IMG/VR virus record: IMGVR_UViG_3300036783_000194
Span: 1-36,846 of that record
DNA length: 36,846 nucleotides
Strand: one strand, 5' to 3'
Source of the DNA: a virus
Taxonomy: Duplodnaviria; Caudoviricetes
The notes under the pieces: generated by a model
Databases searched by the model: none
Told to the model about the DNA's origin: nothing
What the model saw: only the letters and a program-made list of their open reading frames with translations
Shown: one piece after another, positions 19,327-27,090 of the stretch
How positions within the stretch are numbered: the first letter of the stretch is position 1
Layout of the letters: every line of letters starts with the position of its first letter
Translations under genes and position numbers: made by a program

Positions 19327-21078
19327 ATGCAAACCTGGCGGGGCCTCGCGGCTCTCTCTCTCCTCGCGCTCGTGTGCGCTGTCACGCGCGCGCAAACTCC
19401 GGCGGCGGTGCCTCTGCCGGTCGCGCGTCAACAGTTCTTCGACTCCTCCGGGCGGCCGCTGGCGGGGGGCAAGATCTACACTTACGCGGCCGGCACGTCA
19501 ACGCCTCTCGCCACATACACCGATGGAACGGGCACGGTCGCAAATAGTAATCCTGTGATCCTTGACGCCGGGGGTTTCGGCTCTCTTTGGGTCAAGGTCG
19601 GTGTGTACAAAATGGTAGTCCAGAACTCGGCCGGCGTGCTGCAATGGAGCGCGGACAATGTTACGAACCTATCCGGCTCGGGCTCGCTCTCGGCCGCTAA
19701 TATCACGTTTACGGCCTCGGGCGGCGGGGTATCTCAATCGGTCGCGAATCGGCTCGGACAGACTTATTACGCCTCTGACTTTGGCGCGGTGGGGAACAAT
19801 GTAACGGATGATTCGGGCGCGATCAATACCGGGCTCGGAAACGCATCCGGAAAGCGGCTGGTGGTCTCGCCTTCCACGGTCGGCTATTACATCAACGGGA
19901 ACCTCAGCATTTCGGCGAACTCGACACTCGAGCTCGGCGCCGGCAATTACCGGCTCGGGGCGACTGGTCAAATTACGCTCGCGGGAACGGGCTCGAAACT
20001 CGTTTGTCCTGCCGGGCCGGAAGCAACGGTTATAACGGTCCCTCTCTCGTACACTCCGACGACGGGCGCCATTGTGCTGAGTTCCGGAGAACCGGCCGGC
20101 ACGGTGGAAGGGTGCCAGATCGCATTTACACAAGCGGACACATCGACGCGGGCGACGCTCACGCGCGCGGCCTGGGCAATCTCGGCGCCGGCGCAAGCGC
20201 GCGCGCGGATCCGGAACGTCAAAATCGTTAGGGCCTGGAACGGGATTGATCTAAGCTCAAACGCCGGCGGCGCCACGGTCTCGGATGTCCAGATCTCGAG
20301 TTTTAACATCGGGCTTTTTATCGACGGGGCGCAAGATACTATCCGGGTGAGTCAATATCACTGGTGGCCTTTCGGCCTCACCACAAACCAATCAAACGCG
20401 ATGTACGACACGGTGAACAGCTTCGGAATGTATGTCGGGCGCGTCGATGGCCTCCTGATCGATTCGAGTTTATTTTTCGGCGGGCAAGCTCTCGGGCTGA
20501 TCGCCGGCTCCGGAGGCGGCGCGCCGATTGTGTTCATTTCCAATTCCGCCTTCGACACGTTCGGAGGGATCAAACAATATGCGGGGCGGTGCTCGGTCGC
20601 GGACAGCTACTTTACGCTCGCTCGGACGGGTGTGAATGCCATCAACGTGTCGGGGCTTTCGTCTATGACTGTCGCGAGCTCGTTCTTTTTCCTGGGGGTG
20701 ACTGGTAGTACGGCGCCGGTGGTCTCTGTGACGGCCGGCGCTGAGTTCAACGGAACCGGGAACGTTTTCGCAAAAATCAACACTTACGACACGACGCAAG
20801 TTTATGGGGCCGGCGCGATTTCGAAGCTCGTTCTTACCGGGAACACGTTCGAGAACTACGGCGGCGGCGGGACGTACACCAACCCGTTAATACAGATCGA
20901 CGCCGGCGCGCGCCTCATCGCGTCTGATAATCACTTCACCGATTTAGCGGGCTCGGGGATCGGGATCAAAATCGCCGCGGACGGGGGCCACATTTTGCAC
21001 GATAACGTGTTGGTCGGCTGGTCGCTCAATTTGCCGGGCGGGTACACGACGATGAAAGTTCATGACAATATCCCGTAA
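19327..21078 (+). CDS. Tailspike / beta-helix depolymerase with N-terminal virion-binding domain and signal-peptide-like leader
   Basis: QFFDSSGRPLAGGKIYTYAAGTSTPLATY..NPVILD head-binding-type domain; DFGAVGNNVTDDS beta-helix start; leader MQTWRGLAALSLLALVCAVTRAQ. Confidence 0.8.
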   Translation: MQTWRGLAALSLLALVCAVTRAQTPAAVPLPVARQQFFDSSGRPLAGGKIYTYAAGTSTPLATYTDGTGTVANSNPVILDAGGFGSLWVKVGVYKMVVQNSAGVLQWSADNVTNLSGSGSLSAANITFTASGGGVSQSVANRLGQTYYASDFGAVGNNVTDDSGAINTGLGNASGKRLVVSPSTVGYYINGNLSISANSTLELGAGNYRLGATGQITLAGTGSKLVCPAGPEATVITVPLSYTPTTGAIVLSSGEPAGTVEGCQIAFTQADTSTRATLTRAAWAISAPAQARARIRNVKIVRAWNGIDLSSNAGGATVSDVQISSFNIGLFIDGAQDTIRVSQYHWWPFGLTTNQSNAMYDTVNSFGMYVGRVDGLLIDSSLFFGGQALGLIAGSGGGAPIVFISNSAFDTFGGIKQYAGRCSVADSYFTLARTGVNAINVSGLSSMTVASSFFFLGVTGSTAPVVSVTAGAEFNGTGNVFAKINTYDTTQVYGAGAISKLVLTGNTFENYGGGGTYTNPLIQIDAGARLIASDNHFTDLAGSGIGIKIAADGGHILHDNVLVGWSLNLPGGYTTMKVHDNIP

Positions 21079-21094
21079 GTTGTGATACAACAGA

Positions 21095-21180
21095 TTCCGG
21101 GATGGCCTGGAAAGGGCTGGCGAGCTCTTAAAACCAGTACAGGAAACGGCCGCGGCTCAACCCGCGGCCTTTTTCTTTTT
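21095..21180 (+). ncRNA. Putative small structured RNA ending in an intrinsic terminator
   Basis: Upstream TGTGATAC; hairpins TTCCGGG/CCTGGAA and GCTGG/CCAGT; terminator follows. Confidence 0.35.
21148..21180 (+). terminator. Rho-independent terminator ending the late operon
   Basis: GGCCGCGG-ctcaac-CCGCGGCC followed by TTTTTCTTTTT. Confidence 0.85.
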
Positions 21181-21445
21181 AGCGCGGCGGCGGCATCCTC
21201 GCGATAAGTTCACCGATTGCGCTTACTAACTGAGCAATCCGCGCGTCGGTTTGCTCGTTCATCAAGCGGTGGGCTTCGTCTCGCTCCGAAAGTTCCTTTA
21301 GCCTTTTGCTTTGTGCGTCATCGTTCTCGGCAAGGATGCGGATCTGTTCGCTTTGCCGCTTTTCCAAGTGCGCCATCACTAAGAGCGCGTCTTCAATCTC
21401 TGTCCGGGCTTGTTCTAATTTGCTGATTCGGGTCTCGTGTTCCAT
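21179..21445 (-). CDS. Small coiled-coil protein (..RIAQLVSAIGELI..)
   Basis: Heptad-rich 88-aa ORF; GCCGATAA 7 nt upstream of ATG. Confidence 0.75.
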   Translation of the reverse strand: MEHETRISKLEQARTEIEDALLVMAHLEKRQSEQIRILAENDDAQSKRLKELSERDEAHRLMNEQTDARIAQLVSAIGELIARMPPPR

Positions 21446-21504
21446 GTATTTCTTATCGGCGCAAATGGCCGTTTTCCCCTTTATTTATGGGCCTTTCGTG
21501 CGTG

Positions 21505-21750
21505 TCAACCGGCCTTTTTTTTGGCCTCTTCCTCTTTAACGGCTCGCGTCCAACTCGTAGACGTGCGAAGGCGAAGGCTCGGGAGCATCAACGCGAATGA
21601 TGCGGTGGTGCATTCGGGAGATTTGGCTCGGTGCGCGCCGATTACCTGATTTAGAAAGTCCACGGATGCGCCGCGGCGCGATGGGGTAACAACTCCACTC
21701 TTTCGACATTCTTCGCAGTGCCATTCAAAAACGGGGCCGCGCGTGCTCAT
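21505..21750 (-). CDS. Small Cys/His protein (WHCEEC..H...C)
   Basis: ATG 21750 coupled (ATGA) to the stop of 21747..21944. Confidence 0.6.
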   Translation of the reverse strand: MSTRGPVFEWHCEECRKSGVVTPSRRGASVDFLNQVIGAHRAKSPECTTASFALMLPSLRLRTSTSWTRAVKEEEAKKKAG

Positions 21751-21944
21751 GGCTTCTTCTTCCCTTTCCATCGTGCGTTTGCGGCCGCGCGTCCTGCTTC
21801 CTTCTTCTCCTCCTTTGTAGCTTTGCTCCATCGCGCGTCTGCGAGCTCGCGGCCGTGTTCCTCCCTTTGCTTTTTGGTCGTTTTCTTCCATCGCTGGCGT
21901 ACTAGCGCGGCGGCCGCGTCTGAGGCTTCTTTATTCTTCGGCAT
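21747..21944 (-). CDS. Small very basic protein with three RW repeats; putative DNA-binding regulator
   Basis: RQRW / ADARW / ANARW repeats; first gene after the leftward promoter of the divergent switch. Confidence 0.7.
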   Translation of the reverse strand: MPKNKEASDAAAALVRQRWKKTTKKQREEHGRELADARWSKATKEEKKEAGRAAANARWKGKKKP

Positions 21945-21957
21945 GATTCCGGATTCT

Positions 21958-22036
21958 ACTATACGTGCATACGTGCGCGCGTACCACCAGGAAATTGCGG
22001 CGGCTTATTGTTCTTACGCACGTATGCACGCATACT
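21958..22036. promoter_or_regulatory. Back-to-back sigma70-type promoters, each with the same operator between -35 and -10
   Basis: Rightward TTGTTC-17-CATACT (22008-22036); leftward TGGTAC-17-TATAGT (21986-21958); CGCACGTATGCACG at 22017-22030 and inverted at 21964-21977. Confidence 0.75.
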
Positions 22037-22083
22037 TGCTATGTAACCAATCGCCGGCGGGCGTCAAAACGCGGGAGAAAAGC

Positions 22084-22638
22084 ATGGCGGTAAAACTTCA
22101 GATCAATAAGCCGGAAACGTTCGAGCTCGAATACCCGGAAGGTCTCACGGTCTCCTCGAAATTCGGCGGCGATCAGGTGATGTTCAGTTTGACGAATGGC
22201 GAGCGATGGTACGCGGATCCATTCATAGCGGCCAAAATCAAGGCGGCCGGCATCGGCGCCTATACGCCGTTCACTATCACGAAGCGCGAAGAGTTCCAGG
22301 GGAACCGGCGCCGCGTCGAGTACGACATCGAAGTAATTCGCGAAGAGTCACGGCCGGCCGCGGATGCGCGTCCAACTGTGCGAGCGGTGGAATCACACGA
22401 CGGTAAAGCGGTCGCGGTGTTTCAAGGCGCCGGCGCCTCGGTGAATCCTCCGGCCGCGGCTCCTTCTTCGGTCGCTGTGATGAAAATGGCTGGCCTGGGC
22501 GCGATCGATGCGGTTCTCGAAATTGAGAAATATGCTCAATCGCGCGGTATGACTGACTTCAATTTCGGGCCGGATAACATTCAAAAGCTCACGGCTTGCC
22601 TCTTTATCGAGATGTCGAAGAAAGCGGGCCGCGCGTGA
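22084..22638 (+). CDS. Hypothetical early protein (MAVKLQINK), possibly ssDNA-binding/OB-like
   Basis: ATG 22084 after GGGAGA; first gene after the rightward promoter; upstream of the exonuclease. Confidence 0.65.
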   Translation: MAVKLQINKPETFELEYPEGLTVSSKFGGDQVMFSLTNGERWYADPFIAAKIKAAGIGAYTPFTITKREEFQGNRRRVEYDIEVIREESRPAADARPTVRAVESHDGKAVAVFQGAGASVNPPAAAPSSVAVMKMAGLGAIDAVLEIEKYAQSRGMTDFNFGPDNIQKLTACLFIEMSKKAGRA

Positions 22639-22844
22639 AAACTGCATCGCCTCACTGCAAAATGCGCTTTTCTTTTACGGGCCTCAAGCGCGCTCTGGAG
22701 TTCCGCGAAGCGGTCCGCGGCCACGGCTACACGGCGGAGCTCGAGCTCATGAGCTCGGGCGCCGGCTGGCATATCGTCACGGATTCGCGCTGTCTCACGC
22801 ATGCGGCGGAGCTCTATAAGTTCATTTACGGAGGTCGCGCATGA
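22635..22844 (+). CDS. Small hypothetical protein
   Basis: GTG 22635 overlaps the previous stop; its stop overlaps the next ATG. Confidence 0.55.
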   Translation: MKTASPHCKMRFSFTGLKRALEFREAVRGHGYTAELELMSSGAGWHIVTDSRCLTHAAELYKFIYGGRA

Positions 22845-23818
22845 GCGCGGCCTCTCTCTCGGCGAAGGGCGGCGCCGGTAATCCGTTCTGGTCTGCCTCT
22901 AACGCGGAGCTCACGCATAGTCATGAACAAATCGCGGAAGTACTCGGCTTCCGCGGCTGGCTGGCGCGTGGCGCCGCGGCTGGTCAAATCGCGATGTTTG
23001 AGGCGCCGGAGGCCTCGGCCGCGCTCGAGCTCGTTCCGACGCGCGCGCCGGAACCTGCGCTCGTTCCGGAAATTCTCTCGCCTTCCTCCGTCAATAAATT
23101 TGCTTACGGCTGCCAAGTGAAATGGTTTTACTCGCGGGTGCTCCGGCTGCCGGAGACGCGCGGCGCGGCGCTCGCGCTCGGCTCGGCGGTGCATGATGCG
23201 CTGCTCGGCAATTTCCGCGTGAAACTCGATCGCGGTGTAGATATGCCGGCCGCGGATGTGGTCTCACTGTTCGGCGACTTCCTGACGGATCAACTCGACA
23301 CATGCGTGTTAGCGCCTGATGATGATGTGGACGATTTGAAAACCTGCGGCGAGGTCATGGTCTCGATGTATATGGAGCGCGTCGCGCCGGCCGTCACTCC
23401 GGCCGCAATTGAGCATAGGGTGGAAGGCGCGATCGGCGACGTTCCGGTGTGCGGCTATATCGACATTCTCGACGTAAACGGCCGCGTCATTGACTTGAAA
23501 ACGGCCTCAAAGAAACCCTCGGGCACGCCGGCGCCGTATCGAAACCAGATCACTACTTACTCGATGCTCGAGCCGAAGGCCTCCGGCGAAGCGCGTTTGA
23601 CGACGCTCACGAAAACCAAAACGGTCGGGCTTCACGAGACTAGCTTCACGGTCGCCGATAGCGATCGCAAACTCACGGAGCGGCTCTACAGCATCTCACG
23701 CGATCAGATGCGCTCCGGGCTGTACCTGCCGAATCGCGACTCGTACACCTGCTCGCGAACGTATTGCTCTCACTGGGAGCGGTGCGAGGCGGAGTACGGC
23801 GGCGAGGTGAAACCGTGA
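22841..23818 (+). CDS. PD-(D/E)XK RecB/Cas4-like exonuclease
   Basis: LSPSSVN..C, GSAVHDAL, IEHRV, GYIDIL, VIDLKT, QITTY, and C-terminal CSRTYCSHWERC (Fe-S staple pattern). Confidence 0.88.
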   Translation: MSAASLSAKGGAGNPFWSASNAELTHSHEQIAEVLGFRGWLARGAAAGQIAMFEAPEASAALELVPTRAPEPALVPEILSPSSVNKFAYGCQVKWFYSRVLRLPETRGAALALGSAVHDALLGNFRVKLDRGVDMPAADVVSLFGDFLTDQLDTCVLAPDDDVDDLKTCGEVMVSMYMERVAPAVTPAAIEHRVEGAIGDVPVCGYIDILDVNGRVIDLKTASKKPSGTPAPYRNQITTYSMLEPKASGEARLTTLTKTKTVGLHETSFTVADSDRKLTERLYSISRDQMRSGLYLPNRDSYTCSRTYCSHWERCEAEYGGEVKP

Positions 23819-23949
23819 GAGCGGAGCGACTCTATCCGGTGCTGTGCTTAACGCTGCTCGGCTGCCGCGTGACTGTGCAAACTAATCACAAGGGCCGGCG
23901 GTACATAACCAATTTCGGCACGCTTCGCGAGCTCGAGACGTGATACTCT

Positions 23950-24041
23950 GAGCGGGTCATCGGCTGATAGCTGGTCGGTGCGGATGTCCACAATTCAAAC
24001 TCGGAAGCGAGAAGGGCGGCTCTAAACGGGCCGCCTTTTTT
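23950..24041 (+). ncRNA. Putative small RNA with G-U-rich hairpin and intrinsic terminator
   Basis: Upstream GTGATACT; stem CATCGGCTG/TGGTCGGTG; terminator GGGCGGCTC-taaac-GGGCCGCCT with T-run (24014-24041). Confidence 0.4.
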
Positions 24042-24045
24042 GCGT

Positions 24046-24432
24046 TTACTGCTTCTTTGTCGGGTCGAAGGGCTTCCCGGTTCGCTGTATCGCGATATCG
24101 TCCATTACTGCATTCCAGTGGGCCTCATCTGCGGGCGTGGAAGTGCCGAACTCGGCGCGCAAGTTCCGGAACTCGATCATGATCATCGCTAGTCTCTCAG
24201 GGTCGAGGCCTACGTGCTCTTTCATGAATTTGAGAATGAGCGCGTCGGACTGCGCGGCCTCGGCCGCACTGAGCGCGGCTAAGGCTGTATCGCGCGTCTG
24301 CCACGGATCAAGCTGGGCGATGAGTTCGCGCTTCCCGGATTTGTAGGCCTTGGCGAGTTGAATAAAGGGCTCGTTCTTTCGATTGACTCCGGAAACCCAT
24401 TCCAGCGTGAAAGGCTCTGCGTCGCGTGGCAT
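24046..24432 (-). CDS. Hypothetical protein (MPRDAEPFTLEW)
   Basis: Protein-like C-terminal part of ORF 24046..24603; ATG at 24432. Confidence 0.65.
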   Translation of the reverse strand: MPRDAEPFTLEWVSGVNRKNEPFIQLAKAYKSGKRELIAQLDPWQTRDTALAALSAAEAAQSDALILKFMKEHVGLDPERLAMIMIEFRNLRAEFGTSTPADEAHWNAVMDDIAIQRTGKPFDPTKKQ

Positions 24433-24437
24433 GGTCT

Positions 24438-24743
24438 CTATTGAACCCTGTCCGTCGCTGGCTGCGCTCGGAACAGGTGGACGCGGGCGACGGTGCGCGC
24501 AAGTTCGTCCATCGTTTCCGCGTCCGCGGTGAGCGCGTCCATCTCGGCCTCGGTCATGCCGCGCGGCGTGAGATCGTCCGCGAACATCATCACGGCGCCG
24601 CACTTAATACAGATCAGAAGCTCGCCTGGGTTTGGAAGCGCGCCGCGGTGCTCCGGGGATCCGGCCGCGTTTAGCTTGGCTCCGCACTCGAGGCAGGGCG
24701 ACTCCTTGAATTTAACGATTCCGGGCTCATAGGTTTCTGGCAT
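24438..24743 (-). CDS. Zinc-ribbon protein (CLEC..CIKC)
   Basis: Two CxxC pairs; ATG at 24743. Confidence 0.65.
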   Translation of the reverse strand: MPETYEPGIVKFKESPCLECGAKLNAAGSPEHRGALPNPGELLICIKCGAVMMFADDLTPRGMTEAEMDALTADAETMDELARTVARVHLFRAQPATDRVQ

Positions 24744-24907
24744 CGGCTCAAACACTTTAGCGCGTGAACGCGCGCGGGCTGGCAGCTTCGCCGGCGGATC
24801 CGGGCTCGAAACACGGCCGCGATCTTCCGGCGCGCGCCTGGCTCCGGCGATTGCGTTCTGAGGGGCACTGGCACACACAAAGCGATTGATTCTATTCGCT
24901 TGTTGAG

Positions 24908-24928
24908 TTGTACAGAATTCTTGTACAA
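24908..24928. promoter_or_regulatory. Inverted repeat TTGTACA-7nt-TGTACAA upstream of the recombinase (candidate crossover or operator site)
   Basis: 7-bp arms with 7-bp spacer GAATTCT, 22 nt before the recombinase ATG. Confidence 0.5.
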
Positions 24929-24950
24929 ATAATACGAGGGCCTCGAATAT

Positions 24951-25586
24951 ATGGGCAAAAAAGGGCGGTTTTCCCGCTCAGTTAGTCAGTCTGCTGAGAC
25001 TGTACAACCCGCAAAACGCGCCTCTCTGTCGAGAGAAGAAACCTATAAGTACTTGGAAATAGAGGAGATACGCGCGCTCTTTTCCGTCATCAAATCAAAG
25101 CGCGATCGCGCGATTTTCCGCGTTTCCTACCATCGCGGGCTCCGGGCTCACGAGGTCGGGCTTCTTCAGATGGCAGATTTTCGCGATCGCGACGGTGTTT
25201 TGTTTGTGAGACGCGGGAAAGGTTCGATTTCTCGAGAACATTCGCTCTGTGATGAGGAGCTCCGATCGCTCCGGGCCTGGTTGAAAGAGCGCGGCACTTA
25301 TCCGGGTCCGTTGTTTCCATCTCGGCAAGGTCGGAAGGGAATCACGCGGATCCGGCTCGATCAACTCATGAAGGAATACTGCAAATTAGCGCGGATTCCG
25401 GGCGATAAAGCCCACATGCACGCTCTGAAGCATAGCTGCGGAACGCATCTCGCGGAGCGCGGCGCGACGGCCGCGGAGATTCAGGATTGGCTCGGCCATC
25501 GCGACTCCAGTTCCACGGACATCTATCTTCACTTCTCGCGCCGGCGACGGGCGCGCGTAACAGATGCTCATCGGGATTGGGTCTAA
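24951..25586 (+). CDS. Tyrosine recombinase, catalytic domain only (FimB/FimE-like)
   Basis: HRGLRAHEV, RRGKGS, LFPSRQG, HALKHSCGT, WLGH, TDIY; 211 aa, no arm-binding domain. Confidence 0.9.
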   Translation: MGKKGRFSRSVSQSAETVQPAKRASLSREETYKYLEIEEIRALFSVIKSKRDRAIFRVSYHRGLRAHEVGLLQMADFRDRDGVLFVRRGKGSISREHSLCDEELRSLRAWLKERGTYPGPLFPSRQGRKGITRIRLDQLMKEYCKLARIPGDKAHMHALKHSCGTHLAERGATAAEIQDWLGHRDSSSTDIYLHFSRRRRARVTDAHRDWV

Positions 25587-25682
25587 GCGTCCGCGGCGGG
25601 CCGGCGGCGCCGGGGGGCCGGTTTTTCGGCATAAGTATACGGCGGGCTCGGCTTAAAAAACGCGGTCCGCGGCCTCGGTCCT

Positions 25683-26315
25683 TTGTTTTGTGTAACCTGC
25701 ATGTGCACTATGCCTGCATTTTGTGTCAGAATTGAGCCGAATAAGAGGCGCAAATTATGCCGAAAACGGGGGGCTATTCTGGCGACGGCGCCGGCCGGCG
25801 CGTTTGATCGGAGTGGGCTTGTTGAAGCTCATCTCTACCTAATCGATTTATTGGCGCGGCCGTTGGCGCGTGTTCTGCCGCGTTCGTTTTCCGTTGATGA
25901 TCTTCACGGCGCCGGCCGGCTGGCCTTGGTCGAATCGGCTCGCAACTATCGGCCGGAGCTCCACGGCGGCGCGCCGTTCTCGGCCTATGCGCGGCCGCGG
26001 ATCCGCGGCGCCATGATCGACACAGTACGGCGCGGGGCCTTTGTCGAAGCAAAGCGGCCGTCAATTGAGGGAACGGAACCGGCTTCCGAATGTTTAGCCG
26101 ATGCGGTCGCGGCCATTGATCGCGCGGCGCTCGGTGTTCGCATAGCGGCCGCGCTGCGCGGTCTGCCGGCGCTCGAGCGGCGCGTGGTACTGCTGCATTA
26201 CGAGGATGGGCTCCGCATGCGCGCGATCGGCGATAAATACGGCGTGTGCAAGAGTCGGGCTTCGCAAATACACCGGGCGGCTCTGCGATCGCTACGCCGG
26301 CGGCTGGTGGCGTGA
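25683..26315 (+). CDS. RNA polymerase sigma factor, FliA/WhiG (sigma28)-like; true start probably ~25780
   Basis: Region 2 DDLHGAGRLALVESARNY..FSAYARPRIRGAMID; region 4 LPALERRVVLLHY..IG...VCKSRASQIHRAALRSLR. Confidence 0.85.
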   Translation: MFCVTCMCTMPAFCVRIEPNKRRKLCRKRGAILATAPAGAFDRSGLVEAHLYLIDLLARPLARVLPRSFSVDDLHGAGRLALVESARNYRPELHGGAPFSAYARPRIRGAMIDTVRRGAFVEAKRPSIEGTEPASECLADAVAAIDRAALGVRIAAALRGLPALERRVVLLHYEDGLRMRAIGDKYGVCKSRASQIHRAALRSLRRRLVA

Positions 26316-26425
26316 TTAAGGGGCTGGTGTACTCGTTCCTGGGCGCGGCCGCGGGCGCGCTATTTGTGGCTCTGCGCGGCGGGCGCCGGCGCCGAAAACA
26401 TTCCGTCAAACTGCATATCGACTAG
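26312..26425 (+). CDS. 37-aa single-TM peptide (MIKGLVYSFLGAAAGALFVALRGGRRRRK)
   Basis: GTG overlaps the sigma stop; hydrophobic stretch then basic tail; translated by hand. Confidence 0.5.
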   Translation: MIKGLVYSFLGAAAGALFVALRGGRRRRKHSVKLHID

Positions 26426-26460
26426 GTGTTTGCAAGTAAAGGGCTTCAGCCTGGAAAACG

Positions 26461-26694
26461 GTGAAAATGAGGCTACATCTGCATAATGCCCATGTGGATA
26501 CTAACGAAATTCCTCAAGCCTGGGAGCTCGAGCGCGGAATGCTCGCGTATGAGGCCTATCGTCGCGCTTGCGCCGGCGTGAGTCTCGAGACGCGCGCGCC
26601 GTTAAAGGACTGGTCAGAGCTCGGCGATGAAATTCAGCGGGTCTGGGTCACTGTGGCGGATGAGATTTGCCGGCGCTTCGGCGCGATCTCCTGA
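26461..26694 (+). CDS. Hypothetical protein (LAYEAY..WSEL...QRVW); start may be GTG 26494
   Basis: Protein-like ORF with a motif style common in small phage proteins. Confidence 0.6.
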   Translation: MKMRLHLHNAHVDTNEIPQAWELERGMLAYEAYRRACAGVSLETRAPLKDWSELGDEIQRVWVTVADEICRRFGAIS

Positions 26695-27042
26695 ACGCAT
26701 CGCGTCAAGCTGCGGGCGAAGTACGCGCTCGGAAAAGTCTCGAATGGATAGCGTGAGCTCTGCGGGCTGAGTGAATAGCGGCGGGATTTTGAGATTGATC
26801 GTTTTTCCGATCTTCGGGCCGGTGATGGCGAACCTTTCCGATAAACCCTCCAGGTCGGAGGGCTTGATGCGGGCTCTGGTCAATTGGAGATTCCGCTCGA
26901 GCAACATCAAGGCCTCGCGCGTTATGGCTGTCGGCGTGAGAATCGTACTCCGGGCCGGCGGCCGCATGGCGCGCGGCGCGAAGCGGGCAAACCTGCCGGC
27001 GAATGCGGCCGCGATCGCGGCGATAAAACCTCGGCGGTTCAT
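26614..27042 (-). CDS. Twin-arginine-signal protein carrying a truncated paralogue of the major capsid N-terminus
   Basis: MNRRGFIAAIAAAFAG leader; three blocks match coat residues 4-20, 37-56 and 91-109. Confidence 0.85.
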   Translation of the reverse strand: MNRRGFIAAIAAAFAGRFARFAPRAMRPPARSTILTPTAITREALMLLERNLQLTRARIKPSDLEGLSERFAITGPKIGKTINLKIPPLFTQPAELTLSIRDFSERVLRPQLDAMRSGDRAEAPANLIRHSDPDPLNFIAEL

Positions 27043-27090
27043 GGCTTCTATTGTGGGGCCGGCGGCTTACGTTGTAGTACCCTTGGCCGC

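Noticed and set aside
2927-20799. Many 60-250 aa alternative-frame and antisense ORFs inside structural genes
   Set aside because: Expected shadow ORFs in GC-rich DNA; Arg/Pro-rich with no recognisable motifs.
21122-21135. GCTCTTAAAA as a boxA element or as an antisense loop targeting 15377-15388
   Set aside because: The complementary match is imperfect and short, and no boxB or N-like gene is seen.
21718-22083. Long 5' extension of ORF 21718..22638
   Set aside because: It overlaps a minus-strand gene and the promoter region; the SD supports ATG 22084.
22841-23818. Cas4 as part of a CRISPR system
   Set aside because: No repeat-spacer array or other cas genes; solo nucleases of this type are common in phage recombination modules.
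26614-27042. Coat-like copy as a DGR template repeat or pseudogene
   Set aside because: No reverse transcriptase is present, differences in the first block are synonymous and not adenine-specific, and the frame is open.
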